From Dehalococcoidia bacterium (lineage in GTDB: Bacteria > Chloroflexota > Dehalococcoidia > Bin125), in contig OY820591.1 of assembly GCA_963555985.3 (NCBI GenBank), positions 992,001-1,056,000 on the forward strand: a DNA stretch of 64,000 nt. The letters run 5' to 3'. The notes beneath the pieces were generated by a model. It made no database searches and was not told the origin of the DNA. It worked only from the letters and a program-made list of their open reading frames with translations. Each line of letters starts with the position of its first letter. Position 1 is the stretch's first letter. Shown here in pieces: positions 42,361 through 53,100 of the stretch. The position numbers and the translations under genes were made by a program.

Positions 42361-43411
42361 CTCCGATCTCCACGACGCCATCACCGACGTACCCGGCATC
42401 AAAGTCGGCCACTGGAGCGACCGCCAGGCCGCCACCGGCTGTACGGTCATCCTCTGCGAAGCGGGAGCAACGCCGGGCTTTTTCAACCCAGGCGGAGCAC
42501 CGGGCACCCTCGATACCGATATCACGCTCGCCGAAAACTCGATTCAAGAAGTGCACGCAGTCCTGCTCACGGGCGGCAGCACGATCGGCCTTGAAGCCGC
42601 AACCGGCGTCCGCCGTTACCTGCGCGAGCAAGGCGTCGGCCTGACTTTGGTTCCCAAACAGCCAACCATTCCGCTCGTGTTGGGAGCAGTCGTATTCGAT
42701 CTGAACATCGGCCGCCCCTCCAACCCAACCCCGGCCAACGGACGCACCGCCGCCCGTCGCGCCCGTAGCGGCCCAATCCGTCAAGGCACGGTCGGCGTCG
42801 GCACCGGCTGCACTGTGGCCAAGACCGGACGCGGAGACTCCGCAATCAAAGGCGGCGTCGGAACTGCCTCAATCACGCACGAATCCGGTCTCATCGTCGG
42901 CGCAATCGTCGCCACAAACTCGATCGGCGACATCATCGATCCCGACACCGGTGCACTGATCGCCGGAGCCCGAGGCAAAACCCGCGGCGAAATGCGACGC
43001 GCATCAACCGACCTCCTCAACCGCACCATCGCCGACTACGAAGCCGCGCTCAAAGAACGTCAGGGCATCCCGCCTGAACAACCCGGTGCAAACACGACTC
43101 TCTGTGCGATCGCCACCAACGCCAAACTCCACAAAGGCACGGCCAAGCGTGTCGCGATCATGGGTTCCGCCGGACTCGCCCGAACCATCAACCCCGTCTT
43201 CACACCCGGCGACGGCGACAGCGTCTTCACCCTCGCCACCGGCGAAATCGACGTCACCACCCTCCCCCAACTCCTCACCCTTACCGGCACAATGGCCGCC
43301 GAAGCCGTCGCCCGAGCGATCGTGCGCAGTGTCCAGGCCGCCGAGTCGCTGGCCGGCGTCCCCTCCGTCTCCGAGTGGACCAACCAAGCAGAACCCACGG
43401 AGCTTCAATGA
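42347..43411 (+). CDS. Peptidase family S58 (DmpA/P1-like)
   Basis: ITDVPGIKVGH, TGCTVIL, GGAPGT, LTGGS..GL, NTTL..IATNA, DGD.VF.LATG. Confidence 0.9.
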   Translation: MTTSNSDLHDAITDVPGIKVGHWSDRQAATGCTVILCEAGATPGFFNPGGAPGTLDTDITLAENSIQEVHAVLLTGGSTIGLEAATGVRRYLREQGVGLTLVPKQPTIPLVLGAVVFDLNIGRPSNPTPANGRTAARRARSGPIRQGTVGVGTGCTVAKTGRGDSAIKGGVGTASITHESGLIVGAIVATNSIGDIIDPDTGALIAGARGKTRGEMRRASTDLLNRTIADYEAALKERQGIPPEQPGANTTLCAIATNAKLHKGTAKRVAIMGSAGLARTINPVFTPGDGDSVFTLATGEIDVTTLPQLLTLTGTMAAEAVARAIVRSVQAAESLAGVPSVSEWTNQAEPTELQ

Positions 43412-44196
43412 CCGACCGCCCACTCATCCTCGTCACCAACGACGACGGCATCCACGCCGACGGACTCTGGCATCTCGCCGAAGCCCTCCAGGAACACGGC
43501 GACGTCATGATCGTCGCACCGGCCTTCAACCAGTCCGGCATGAGCGCCGCCTTCACCCTGCACCGCGATCTCGAAGCCGAACCCGCCCACTCGCGCATCC
43601 CCGGCATCCCCGCCTGGCAAGTCAGCGGCACCCCCACCGACGCCGTCGTTCACGGACTCCGCAACTTCGCCCCGAGACGAGTCGGCATGATCGTCTCCGG
43701 CGTCAACCCGGGCCCCAACGTGGGCCGCGAGCTCCTCCACTCCGGTACCGTCATGTCCGCCATGCAGGGTTATCTCCGCAGCCTCCCCTCCGTCGCAGTC
43801 TCACTCGCCAGCTTCGAGGAACAGCACCTCCGCGACGCCGCAACGATCGGTGCCAGAATCGCCGGACAACTGCTCCGCTCCGGACAACTCCGCTTCCTCA
43901 ACGTCAATTGCCCCGACCTGCCCCTCAACGACATCGCCGGCATTCGCGTCGCTGCTATGGCTGATCTCGCTGTCTCCCGCGTGCTCGACATCACCGACGC
44001 CCACGGCGCCGTCCGCCGCAAGCTCGAATGGCGGCTCGACGCCGACATCCCCGCCGGCTCCGACGTAGCCGCCATCATTGACGGCGCAGTCGCCGTCACT
44101 CCGCTCGATAACGACCTCACCAACCACGCTGCGATCGCAGCGACCAGCGACCTAATCGACGGAATCTCCACGCTCTCCGAAGCGCCGAAGTGTTAA
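43408..44196 (+). CDS. surE: 5'/3'-nucleotidase SurE
   Basis: ILVTNDDGI, APAFNQSG, GTPTD, SGVNPGPN, SGTV. Confidence 0.93.
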   Translation: MTDRPLILVTNDDGIHADGLWHLAEALQEHGDVMIVAPAFNQSGMSAAFTLHRDLEAEPAHSRIPGIPAWQVSGTPTDAVVHGLRNFAPRRVGMIVSGVNPGPNVGRELLHSGTVMSAMQGYLRSLPSVAVSLASFEEQHLRDAATIGARIAGQLLRSGQLRFLNVNCPDLPLNDIAGIRVAAMADLAVSRVLDITDAHGAVRRKLEWRLDADIPAGSDVAAIIDGAVAVTPLDNDLTNHAAIAATSDLIDGISTLSEAPKC

Positions 44197-44242
44197 GATC
44201 GATCCCGCCGTCCAGCTGCATCAGCCGTACGGGAGTTCGCGC

Positions 44243-44989
44243 ATGGCCGGTCATTCCAAATGGGCTCAGATCAAGCGCAAGAAAGGCGTCACCGACGCCA
44301 AGCGCGGACAACTCTTCACCAAACTCGGACGCGAAATCTCCGTCGCCGCCCGCCAGGGCGGTCCCAAGCTCGAAGAGAACTCCGCTCTGCGCCTAGCCGT
44401 TGAGCGCGCCAAGCAGTCCAACATGCCCAACGCCAACATCCAGCGCGCCATCGAGCGCGCCACCGGCGGCGGCGACAGCGCCCAACTCGAAGAAATCCGC
44501 TACGAGGCCTACGCCCCCGGCGGCGCTGCCCTCCTGATCGACTCCCTCACCGACAACCGCAACCGCACTGTCTCCGAAGTCCGCGCCGCACTCACCCGCG
44601 CCGGCGCGAGCATGGCCGAATCCGGTGCCGTCGCCTGGCAGTTCGAGCAAAAAGGCGTGATCGCCGTCGACATCGACCCAACTACCGACCCCGACGACAT
44701 CGCTCTCGCCGCCATTGACGGCGGCGCTGAAGATGTCGATGTCGATGAAAGTCTGGTGGAAGTCATCACCGCCCCAGCCGACCTCGAGTCCGCCCGCAAA
44801 TCTGTTGAAGAATTCGGCGTCCCCGTCGCCTCCGCCGAAGTCGTCATGCGCGCCACCAACACCGTCCCAATCGACGACTCCCAGGCCGGCAAACTCCTCC
44901 GCCTGATCGATTCCCTCGAAGACCTTGACGACGTCCAGCGCGTCTTCACCAACGCCGACTTCCCCGATACCGCGCTAGCCGGAGCCTGA
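44243..44989 (+). CDS. YebC/PmpR family protein
   Basis: MAGHSKWAQIKRKK, YEAYAPGG, TDNRNRT, LEDLDDVQ. Confidence 0.95.
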   Translation: MAGHSKWAQIKRKKGVTDAKRGQLFTKLGREISVAARQGGPKLEENSALRLAVERAKQSNMPNANIQRAIERATGGGDSAQLEEIRYEAYAPGGAALLIDSLTDNRNRTVSEVRAALTRAGASMAESGAVAWQFEQKGVIAVDIDPTTDPDDIALAAIDGGAEDVDVDESLVEVITAPADLESARKSVEEFGVPVASAEVVMRATNTVPIDDSQAGKLLRLIDSLEDLDDVQRVFTNADFPDTALAGA

Positions 44990-44992
44990 GCG

Positions 44993-45496
44993 ATGACAGG
45001 GCCGATCCTCGGCGTCGACCCGGGACTCTCAGCCACCGGCTGGGGCCTGCTCGAGCCCAAGCCCGACGGAACCGCACAACTCCGCTGGAACGTGATCCGC
45101 CCGCCCAAACCCAACGACGCCGATCTTGCCACCCGTCTCTGCTACATCCACGATCAGCTGGCCGAGGTGATCGCCCGCTACCGCCCCGTTGCGCTCGCCA
45201 TTGAGCGTCCCTTCCTCAACCGCAACGTCCGCTCCGCCGTCGCCCTCGGACAGGCCCAGGCCGCCGCGATGATGGCCGCCGCTCAAGTGGGCATCCCCAT
45301 CGCCGAATACCCGCCCCGCGAGGTCAAACAGACCGTCGCCGGCGACGGCGCCGCCGACAAGCAAGTCGTCGCCCAGGCGCTGATGACGCGCCTCGGACTC
45401 GCCGAACTCAATGCCCCCAGCGACGCCGCCGACGCCCTCGCCGTCGCCTACTGCCACTATCTCTCCGTCCCCCAACTCGAACTCACAGCCTCGTGA
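44993..45496 (+). CDS. ruvC: Holliday junction resolvase RuvC
   Basis: ILGVDPG, AIE, EVKQTVAG.G.ADK, DAADALAVA.CH. Confidence 0.95.
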   Translation: MTGPILGVDPGLSATGWGLLEPKPDGTAQLRWNVIRPPKPNDADLATRLCYIHDQLAEVIARYRPVALAIERPFLNRNVRSAVALGQAQAAAMMAAAQVGIPIAEYPPREVKQTVAGDGAADKQVVAQALMTRLGLAELNAPSDAADALAVAYCHYLSVPQLELTAS

Positions 45497-46134
45497 TCTC
45501 GCGCGTCAAAGGCAAAGCCGTCGCTTGGGACGACGACGCCCAAAGCGTCGAGCTCGACATCAACGGCATCGTCTACGAAGTCCGCCTGCCCACCGCCTGC
45601 TGGCTCGCCCTCGAAGACGAGCGCCCTGACGAACTCTCTCTCTACACCCACTACCACGTCCCTGAACGCCCGCCCGTTCCCGTCCTGATCGGCTTCCTCA
45701 GACCAGTCGAACGCGACTTCTTCCGCAAGCTCATCAGCGTCCGCGACATGGGCGTCGCCAAAGCCCAGCGCGCCCTTGCCGCCTCCGTCTCCACCATCGC
45801 CCAATGGATCGAAGCCGAAGACCGCCGCGCCCTCACCTCCCTCCCGGGCATCGGCCCACGCCAGGCCGACAAAATCATCGCCGAACTCCGAGGCAAAGTC
45901 GTCGAAGAAGCCCACCTCATTGACGAAGGCTTCGACGCCAACGCCCAACGCCGCCCAAGACCCGCAGCCGACATCGCCGACGATGCCATCGAAGCCCTCA
46001 CCGGCCTCGGCTACACCCGCCGAGACGCCGAAGCCTGGGTCACAGCCGCCCTGGTCGCACCGGATCTCGAAGAACCCCTCACCACCGAATCCATCCTCCG
46101 ATCCGTCCTCGAAAACCTCGGCTCAAACACATAA
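45493..46134 (+). CDS. ruvA: Holliday junction branch migration protein RuvA
   Basis: MISRVKG, NGIVYEV, LPGIG.RQA.KII.EL, EALTGLGY. Confidence 0.92.
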   Translation: MISRVKGKAVAWDDDAQSVELDINGIVYEVRLPTACWLALEDERPDELSLYTHYHVPERPPVPVLIGFLRPVERDFFRKLISVRDMGVAKAQRALAASVSTIAQWIEAEDRRALTSLPGIGPRQADKIIAELRGKVVEEAHLIDEGFDANAQRRPRPAADIADDAIEALTGLGYTRRDAEAWVTAALVAPDLEEPLTTESILRSVLENLGSNT

Positions 46135-46172
46135 CGCTCGCCCCCTTCCTCGCTCTTCCCTCCGGAGACCTG

Positions 46173-46242
46173 TGCGTAAATCGAAGATCGTCATACCCGC
46201 GCTTGCCGCGGGTATCTCGCCGTGCTCTGCACCGTCGTCGCT
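46173..46242. repeat. Extended REP element (~70 bp), near-identical to 31003-31072
   Basis: TGCGTAAATC.AAGATC-GTCATACCCGCGCTTG.CGCGGGTATCTCG-CCG...TCTGCACCGTCGTCGCT. Confidence 0.9.
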
Positions 46243-46320
46243 AATGCAGCGGCAAGTGCTGAAGGCAGAGAGAGTCGGTCCGCCCGAACCCCAAATCTGC
46301 CAACCACACAACACTCACCC

Positions 46321-46526
46321 CATACATCAGAACATCCATCTGTATATGATGACCGACCCATCGAACCCGAAAGGACAAACCCAACGTGACCGTCGCCCTC
46401 ACCACTGAACACCACCGAACAAAACCGAACGCTGCTGAACGTCCAAAATCTCACAAAACCCTGCAAAACACGGCAAATCCTGATTCCTCTCCCACTTCGA
46501 TCGCCGAAAAAAAAATTTATCCCTGA
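46321..46526 (+). repeat. Dispersed cassette: promoter with LexA-like box plus eight 10-bp-phased units (possible 46-aa ORF at 46386-46526)
   Basis: CATACA-18-TATGAT with GAAC-ATCC-ATCT in the spacer; ACCCGAAAGGACA shared with 7406-7418; four units ending GAAC, then four units with phased CAAA (46401-46480). Confidence 0.65.
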
Positions 46527-46616
46527 ACACCTCAACATCTCCACATCGGCGACCACGCCCCCGTCCCTCTAATCTGGAAGACCAACCACCTGCCCCAACC
46601 GACGCGAGCAGCCTCC

Positions 46617-48746
46617 ATGCAGAAGCAGTTCGATCTCACCGCCGACTACCAACCCACCGGCGATCAACCCCGCGCCATCGAGAGCCTCATCCACGGCCTC
46701 CAAGAGGGCCATCGCGCCCAGACCCTGCTCGGCGTCACCGGCTCCGGCAAAACCTTCACGATGGCCAACGTCATCGCCCAACTCAATCGCCCCACCCTCG
46801 TGCTCGCCCACAACAAAACCCTTGCCGCACAACTCTGCACCGAATTCCGCGACTTCTTCCCCAGCAACTCCGTCGAGTACTTCGTCTCCTACTACGACTA
46901 CTACCAGCCCGAGGCCTACATCCCCCGCTCCGACACCTACATCGCCAAAGAATCCGACATCAACGATGAGATCGACAAGCTCCGCCACGCCGCCACCCGC
47001 GCCCTCTTCGAGCGCCGTGATGTCGTCATCGTCGCTTCCGTCTCCTGCATCTACGGCCTTGGCGAGCCGGAGGACTACCAGGGCATGGTCCTCACCCTCG
47101 AAAAGGGCAAGCCTTACTCTCGCAACCTGATCCTACGCCGCCTCGTCGATCAGCAGTACGAGCGCGACGAACTCACCCTCCAGCGTGGACGCTTCCGCAT
47201 TCGCGGCGACACCCTCACCATCCAGCCCTCTTACGAAGACCTCGCCGTCCGCGTCGAATTCTGGGACGACGAGGTTGAGCGCATCGTCGAACTCGATCCT
47301 CTCACCGGTGAAATCCTCGCCGACCGCGACCGTGTCGACATCTACCCTGCCAAGCACTTCGTCACCACCGACGAACGCATGGCCGCCGCCGTCGCAGACA
47401 TCGAGTCCGAACTCGAACAGCGCCTCACCGAACTGCGCCAGCAAGACCTGATCCTCGAAGCCGCCCGCCTCGAAGAACGCACCCGCTACGACCTCGAAAC
47501 TCTGCGCGAGACCGGCTACTGCGCCGGCATCGAAAACTACTCCCGCCACCTCGCCCGCCGCGCCGCCGGCAGCACCCCTTGGACCCTGCTCGACTACTTC
47601 CCCGAAGACTGGCTCCTCTTCATTGACGAGTCCCACATGACCCTGCCCCAAGTCCGCGGCATGTACGGCGGCGACACCTCTCGCAAACAGACCCTTGTTG
47701 ATTACGGCTTCCGCCTCCCCTCTGCCATCGACAACCGCCCCCTCAACATCGACGAGTTCGAGCGCCACATCAATCAAGTCGTCTTCGTCTCCGCCACCCC
47801 CGCCGACTACGAGCGCAACCACTCACAGCAGATCGTCGAGCAACTCATCCGTCCCACCGGCCTGCTCGACCCCGAGGTTGAGGTCCGGGGCACCGACGGA
47901 CAGATCGACGATCTCGTCAGCGAAATCCGCGCCCGCGCCGAACGCGGCGAGCGCACCCTCGTCACCACCCTCACCAAGAAAATGGCCGAAGACCTTGCCG
48001 ACTATCTGCGCGAGGTCGGCATCCGCACCTACTACCTCCACTCCGAACAAGACGCCTTCCAGCGCGTCGAAGTCCTCCGCGACCTCCGTCTCGGCGTCTT
48101 CGACTGTGTGGTCGGCATCAATCTCCTGCGTGAGGGCCTCGACCTGCCCGAAGTCAGCCTCGTCGCCGTCCTCGACGCTGACAAGGAAGGCTTCCTCCGC
48201 AACGAAGGCTCAATGGTCCAGACCATCGGCCGCGCCGCCCGCCACGTCAACGCTCACGCCATCCTCTACGCCGATCGCATCACCGATTCCATGCGTCGCG
48301 CGATGGACGAAACTCACCGCCGCCGCACCGCTCAGCACGAGTACAACCTCAAGCACAGAATCACGCCCGTCGGCATCCAGAAAGAAATCCGTGACATCAC
48401 CGACGACATCGCTCAGGATGCGGAAGAGCGAGAGTTGGCCGTCGCCGAACAAGCCCCTCGCTACGGCGAGGAGGCGGATCAGTTGGGCGCAACCATCCCC
48501 GCCGACGCAACCCCCGACCAAATCGCCCGCATCATCGCCGAACTGGAGTCGCGCATGAAAACCGCCTCGCGCGACCTCGAATTCGAAAAAGCCGCCGCCT
48601 ATCGTGATCAGATCATCGAACTGCGCCGCGATCTTGCCGGCGATGGTGAAGAACTCCAACCCTGGGTCGACCAGGCTTACGGCCGCCGCCGCCGACCGCT
48701 CCGCTCCAACCGGCGCAGAGAGCCGGTTGCGTCACGCCAGCGTTAA
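46617..48746 (+). CDS. uvrB: Excinuclease ABC subunit B
   Basis: [34 protein letters not shown]-terminal UVR domain. Confidence 0.97.
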   Translation: MQKQFDLTADYQPTGDQPRAIESLIHGLQEGHRAQTLLGVTGSGKTFTMANVIAQLNRPTLVLAHNKTLAAQLCTEFRDFFPSNSVEYFVSYYDYYQPEAYIPRSDTYIAKESDINDEIDKLRHAATRALFERRDVVIVASVSCIYGLGEPEDYQGMVLTLEKGKPYSRNLILRRLVDQQYERDELTLQRGRFRIRGDTLTIQPSYEDLAVRVEFWDDEVERIVELDPLTGEILADRDRVDIYPAKHFVTTDERMAAAVADIESELEQRLTELRQQDLILEAARLEERTRYDLETLRETGYCAGIENYSRHLARRAAGSTPWTLLDYFPEDWLLFIDESHMTLPQVRGMYGGDTSRKQTLVDYGFRLPSAIDNRPLNIDEFERHINQVVFVSATPADYERNHSQQIVEQLIRPTGLLDPEVEVRGTDGQIDDLVSEIRARAERGERTLVTTLTKKMAEDLADYLREVGIRTYYLHSEQDAFQRVEVLRDLRLGVFDCVVGINLLREGLDLPEVSLVAVLDADKEGFLRNEGSMVQTIGRAARHVNAHAILYADRITDSMRRAMDETHRRRTAQHEYNLKHRITPVGIQKEIRDITDDIAQDAEERELAVAEQAPRYGEEADQLGATIPADATPDQIARIIAELESRMKTASRDLEFEKAAAYRDQIIELRRDLAGDGEELQPWVDQAYGRRRRPLRSNRRREPVASRQR

Positions 48747-48903
48747 CTGCCGTCCGAACTCGCGCTTCGCTTCGCCGGATTTACGCAGACTTGTTACCTT
48801 CAACTTGTCCGGGTGAGCGTCGCTCGCGCCCGTGCAGGTTGAGTCCAGCGGGCGTACGCTCGTGTTTGGCGCGAGCCGTCGCTGCGCTGCTTGCGAACGG
48901 ATC

Positions 48904-49725
48904 GTGAACGCCACCTTCGCCGCAGAGGCCGACGGAGACATTTCGGTGGCTGACGAAATCGAACCGATCCCCCAACCACCGCCGCCCTGGCAAAGCGACG
49001 GCGACGCGCCCCCGTCATGGCTGGGCGTGCCCTCCGGCGAGACCGAGCCTCGCGCCTGCGCCTTCTGCGGCGAAGTCCCCCCTCCCCGCTCCTCCTTCTG
49101 TCCCCGCTGCGGACGCGCACTCACTGCCGCTCTCCTCCCCAGCCAAGGCGACGCCCTCAGCATCGTCTTCACCGACATCGAAGACTCCACTTTCCTCACC
49201 GACCGCATGGGCGACGCCACCTGGGAAGCAATCATCGACGAGCACAACGACATCATCCGCGAGGAAATCCACATCCACGCCGGCTTTGAAGTCAAACTCA
49301 CCGGCGATGGTTTCCTGATCGCGTTCGCCGACGCTGTCCAGGCGCTCCACTGCGCCGTCCAGATCCAGCATCGCGTCACCGCCCGCGCCGACGAGCGCGG
49401 CGCGTCCTGGCCCGTCCACGTGCGCGTCGGCATCCACCGCGGTGATGTCATCCTCCGCCCGGGCGGAGACATCCTCGGCCGCGCCGTCAACATGGCCAGC
49501 CGCATCATGGACAAGGGTCGCGGCGGCGACATCGTTGCCTCAGCCGCCTTCGTCGATGCGGTCGAACCAAAAATCACGCGCAAATTCTGGACCGATTTCG
49601 GAGACCGCCGCCTGCGAGGCCTCAGCGAGCGCGTCCGCGTCTACCGCTTCGAATGGCCCGCCTACATCCACATCAACCAAGACCCCGACGAAACCACCCC
49701 CGAACTCACCCCCGCCGTCCACTAA
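48904..49725 (+). CDS. Class III adenylate cyclase with N-terminal zinc ribbon
   Basis: CAFC...FCPRCG; FTDIEDST, VKLTGDG, RVGIHRG, DILGRAVNMASRI. Start codon uncertain. Confidence 0.85.
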   Translation: MNATFAAEADGDISVADEIEPIPQPPPPWQSDGDAPPSWLGVPSGETEPRACAFCGEVPPPRSSFCPRCGRALTAALLPSQGDALSIVFTDIEDSTFLTDRMGDATWEAIIDEHNDIIREEIHIHAGFEVKLTGDGFLIAFADAVQALHCAVQIQHRVTARADERGASWPVHVRVGIHRGDVILRPGGDILGRAVNMASRIMDKGRGGDIVASAAFVDAVEPKITRKFWTDFGDRRLRGLSERVRVYRFEWPAYIHINQDPDETTPELTPAVH

Positions 49726-49747
49726 AGCTCCCAAAACCCCCAATTGC

Positions 49748-49840
49748 CTCTCCCCCACACTGAGGGGAGAGGCCACAAGTATTCCCCCTCTCCCCCGCAC
49801 TGCGGGGGAGATGTCCCGTAGGGACAGAGGGGGGGTCCGC
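49748..49840. repeat. REP-like palindromes (empty form of the nested family)
   Basis: CCTCTCCCC..GGGGAGAGG and CCCCTCTCCCCCGCACTGCGGGGGAGATGTCCCGTAGGGACAGAGGGGGG. Confidence 0.85.
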
Positions 49841-49869
49841 CCAACCAGCACCGAGAGTCCCACTGTCAC

Positions 49870-50150
49870 CCCCGCAACACCCCCTCCACTCCCGGATCTG
49901 ACAAAGAACACCAGTCCATATATGATCCACCGCATCCAATCGCTCACCCAGCAACAGCCGAGCCCGCCATGACCCTCGCAACCCATCTGGACAAAACAAG
50001 ACAAACCCGGATGCGCACGCCCAATTTCGAGCCAAACACCCCCGCAATCCAGCCGAATCTGGCCAAATCTGGACTAATTCGGACTACCTGTCGCCCAATC
50101 CTCCACCCCCAGCGGCAAATTCGCACCGCCCGCCAAGAAATTCCCGCTCC
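49870..50150 (+). repeat. Dispersed cassette: sigma70-type promoter with LexA-like box plus 10-bp-phased repeats
   Basis: CTGACA-17-TATGAT (49898-49926) with GAAC-ACCA-GTCC in the spacer; units AATCCAGCCG/AATCTGGCCA/AATCTGGACT/AATTCGGACT; homologous to 26148-26415. Confidence 0.7.
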
Positions 50151-50164
50151 CCGCCAAACCGACC

Positions 50165-53100
50165 TTAACTACGCCCCGCCAACACACGCCGCGACTGCCC
50201 CCCGTCCGATTCCGCCACCACCCCCATCCGCTCCAACTCCTCGATCAATCGCTCCGCCCGCGGACGACCGATCCGCATCCGCCGCTGCAACAGCGTCGCC
50301 GACACCCGCTCATACTCCCGCGCCAGCTGAACCGCTTCGGCCAGACGAGTATCCGCAGGCGCCGTCTCATCACTCTCCGCTTCTATCCCCAGCACGATGT
50401 CGGGTTCCTCCTCCTCTTCGTCCGCTCCGTCCTCATCCTCTGGGAGCGCCGACTCCAATGTCTGCTGCAAAGCATCAAGGTCCGTCTGCGCATTGCGTTG
50501 TGCGATCGTTGTCGCTGCTTCCGGCGTCGATGCGTTCAGCCCCTCCAGCATCTCGTCCAACGACTGCCGCTCTGCCTCGGCCTGCGCCGGCGACGCCCAC
50601 CACCCGATCAGCCGCTCGATCTCCTCGTCCGACACGTACGAGCCCTGTACCCGCCGAGGCTTGATCGTGTCCGAGCTCATGTACAGCATGTCCCCCCGCC
50701 CCATCAGCTTCTCCGCCCCGCCCCGATCCATGATCACCCGCGCGTCCGTCTGCGATGTGGTCGCAAACGCGATCCGCGTCGGGAAATTCGCCTTGATCAA
50801 CCCCGTCACCACGTCAACCGACGGTCGTTGCGTAGCGACAACGAGATGAATCCCGACCGCCCGAGCCAGCTGCGCCAGCCGAACCAGCTGACGCTCCACA
50901 TCAACCGGAGCCGCCATCATCATGTCCGCCAACTCGTCAAGCACGACCACCCAGTAAGGCATCTGTCGCTGGGTGCCGGACAGCTTGTTGTAAGCGCCGA
51001 TATTGCGCGCTCCGCATCGTTCCAGCGTGCGGTAGCGCCGATCCATCTCCGCTACGACCACGCCCAACACACTTACCACCTCGTCCGATTCCGTCACTAC
51101 GTGCGAAAACGCCAGATGCGGAACCGAACCGTATCCGGTCAACTCAACCCGCTTCGGATCCACCAGAATCAACCGCACCTCCTCAGGCGACTTATTCATC
51201 AACAACGAGGAAATGATTGTGTTGATGCACACGCTCTTACCCGATCCCGTCGCGCCCGCGATCAGCACATGCGGCATCTTCGTCAAGTCGGCGATTACCG
51301 GCCCGCCTGTCACGTCCCGCCCCAATGCAATCGGCAGGCCCCCGCGATCAACCGTCGCAGCGAACTCGGGCGACTCAACCAACCCGCGCAGCGCGACGAT
51401 CCGCGTATCCGCGTTTGGCACCTCAACCCCGACAATCGGCTGCCCCGGTACCGGAGCCTCGATCCGGATCGAGGGAGCGGCCAGCGCCAAGGCCAGATCG
51501 TCGGCAAGCCGCGTGATCCGGTTGACCCGCACCCGCGTACGCGAGACTTCCTCTTCGCGCACGAGCGCCTGCCCATCTTCGCCCCGCACCGCCCGACCCT
51601 CGCGATCCTTCACCGCCACCTGACGAGTCTTGATCTCCCAACCCGGTTCCACCCCGAACTGCGTAATCGTCGGCCCTTCGTTGATCTGCGTCACGCTCGC
51701 GTCAACTCCAAACGACGCCAGCGTCTCCACGATGATCCGCGCCTGCTCCGTCGCGCCGCTGCGCAGCATCGCTGCCGGATCCGGATCCAACAGATCAATT
51801 GGAGGCAGACGCCAACCGTCGCCAGCCGTCCGCTTTGGAGCGTCCTGGTCAAGTGCTCTCCGCTCCCCCTCCACACTGCGGGGGGAGATGTCCCGAAGGA
51901 GCCCGCCCCCGACTTGATCGGGGGACAGAGGGGAGTCCGCGCCGTCCGACCACAGCCCTGCCTGCTGCTCCGCAGCTTCTCCCTCCGCATCGAGGGAGAC
52001 AGCACCGTCGCCGTTCACAGATTCCCTGCGTTCATCCCGCCTTGAATCAGGTTCCGGGCTCACTTCGATTGGCAAGGAGGCCGATGGCTTGCTCACAGGT
52101 ACCGTCGGATACGACTCGGCGCGCTCTTCAGCAGGAGGCGCAACCGCCCGGGCAGACGAAGCGCTCGCGTGCGCCAAGACCGAGTCCGGAGCCAGCCCCT
52201 GCGCGGGACGAACGCTCTGCGGAGCAGTAGCGACCCATGGTCTCACTCCCCGCGCTGGAGCAGGACTCGGCTGAGCTTGCCCGCGAACAGCGTTGCCGCC
52301 GAAACCGGCGCGAAGCTCTGATTGCAGCGGCGCGGGCTGCGCAAGCGCCGTGGAGCGGCTGAATCGCTCCTCGCCACCGCCCAACGGTTCCACGCTCGCC
52401 GAATGTCCGACCGTAGCGGCGTGAGTGACTCTTGCGCCGCCGATCGTGCGCGGACCCGCCGCCAGCGGACCGCCGGCTCCGTTCACATTCATCTCGCCGC
52501 CCCAGCGCCCGACCGTCAGTCGCCCAACTGTCTGGCTCAGACCCTGAGCGCCCCGCGACGTGCTGCTCTCCAACAACCCCGCGACTACAGAGACCCCGTG
52601 CCAGGTCGCTCGTCCCGACGCCGCTACCGCGCCGGGCCCTTGCGATCGCAGATCGCCGCCCGCAATGCGCCCGGCCTCACGAAGCTCGTACCACCCGTCG
52701 CGGAGCAGTCCCGGTGCCAGCAGCGAAATTGCCCCGAACATGCCTGCACAGATCAACACCCAACCGAAAGTGCTGTCCAACATTGCCCCGATCTGACCGC
52801 CGGCCCCGTACGAACTCAGACGCACGCCGCCCACTGTCACCACCGGCTCGATCGCGCCGACGATGCCCCAGACCCCAACTCCGATCAATGCCACCCCACC
52901 AACGAGGCGAAGCTCCGTAGGCCCGCCCCACGACCAGCCGACCCCGCTGCGCATCAACAGCGTCCCCACCCAGATCACAAGAACCGCAAGTAGATAGACA
53001 CCCCAACCGAACACGCCCAATATCGTCCCACGCGCATCCGCCAGCGGCATCGATCCCGACGATGTCCAGAAAGCAAGGCCAAGACCAACGCTGGCGAGCA

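Noticed and set aside
46507-46515. A9 tract as a phase-variation switch
   Set aside because: It lies at the end of a doubtful 46-aa ORF and matches the A-tract end motif of the cassette family. There is no evidence of length variation.
49969-50664. 231-aa protein from the cassette ATG
   Set aside because: Most of it overlaps ftsK antisense, and its frame is not conserved with the homologous cassette at 26236.
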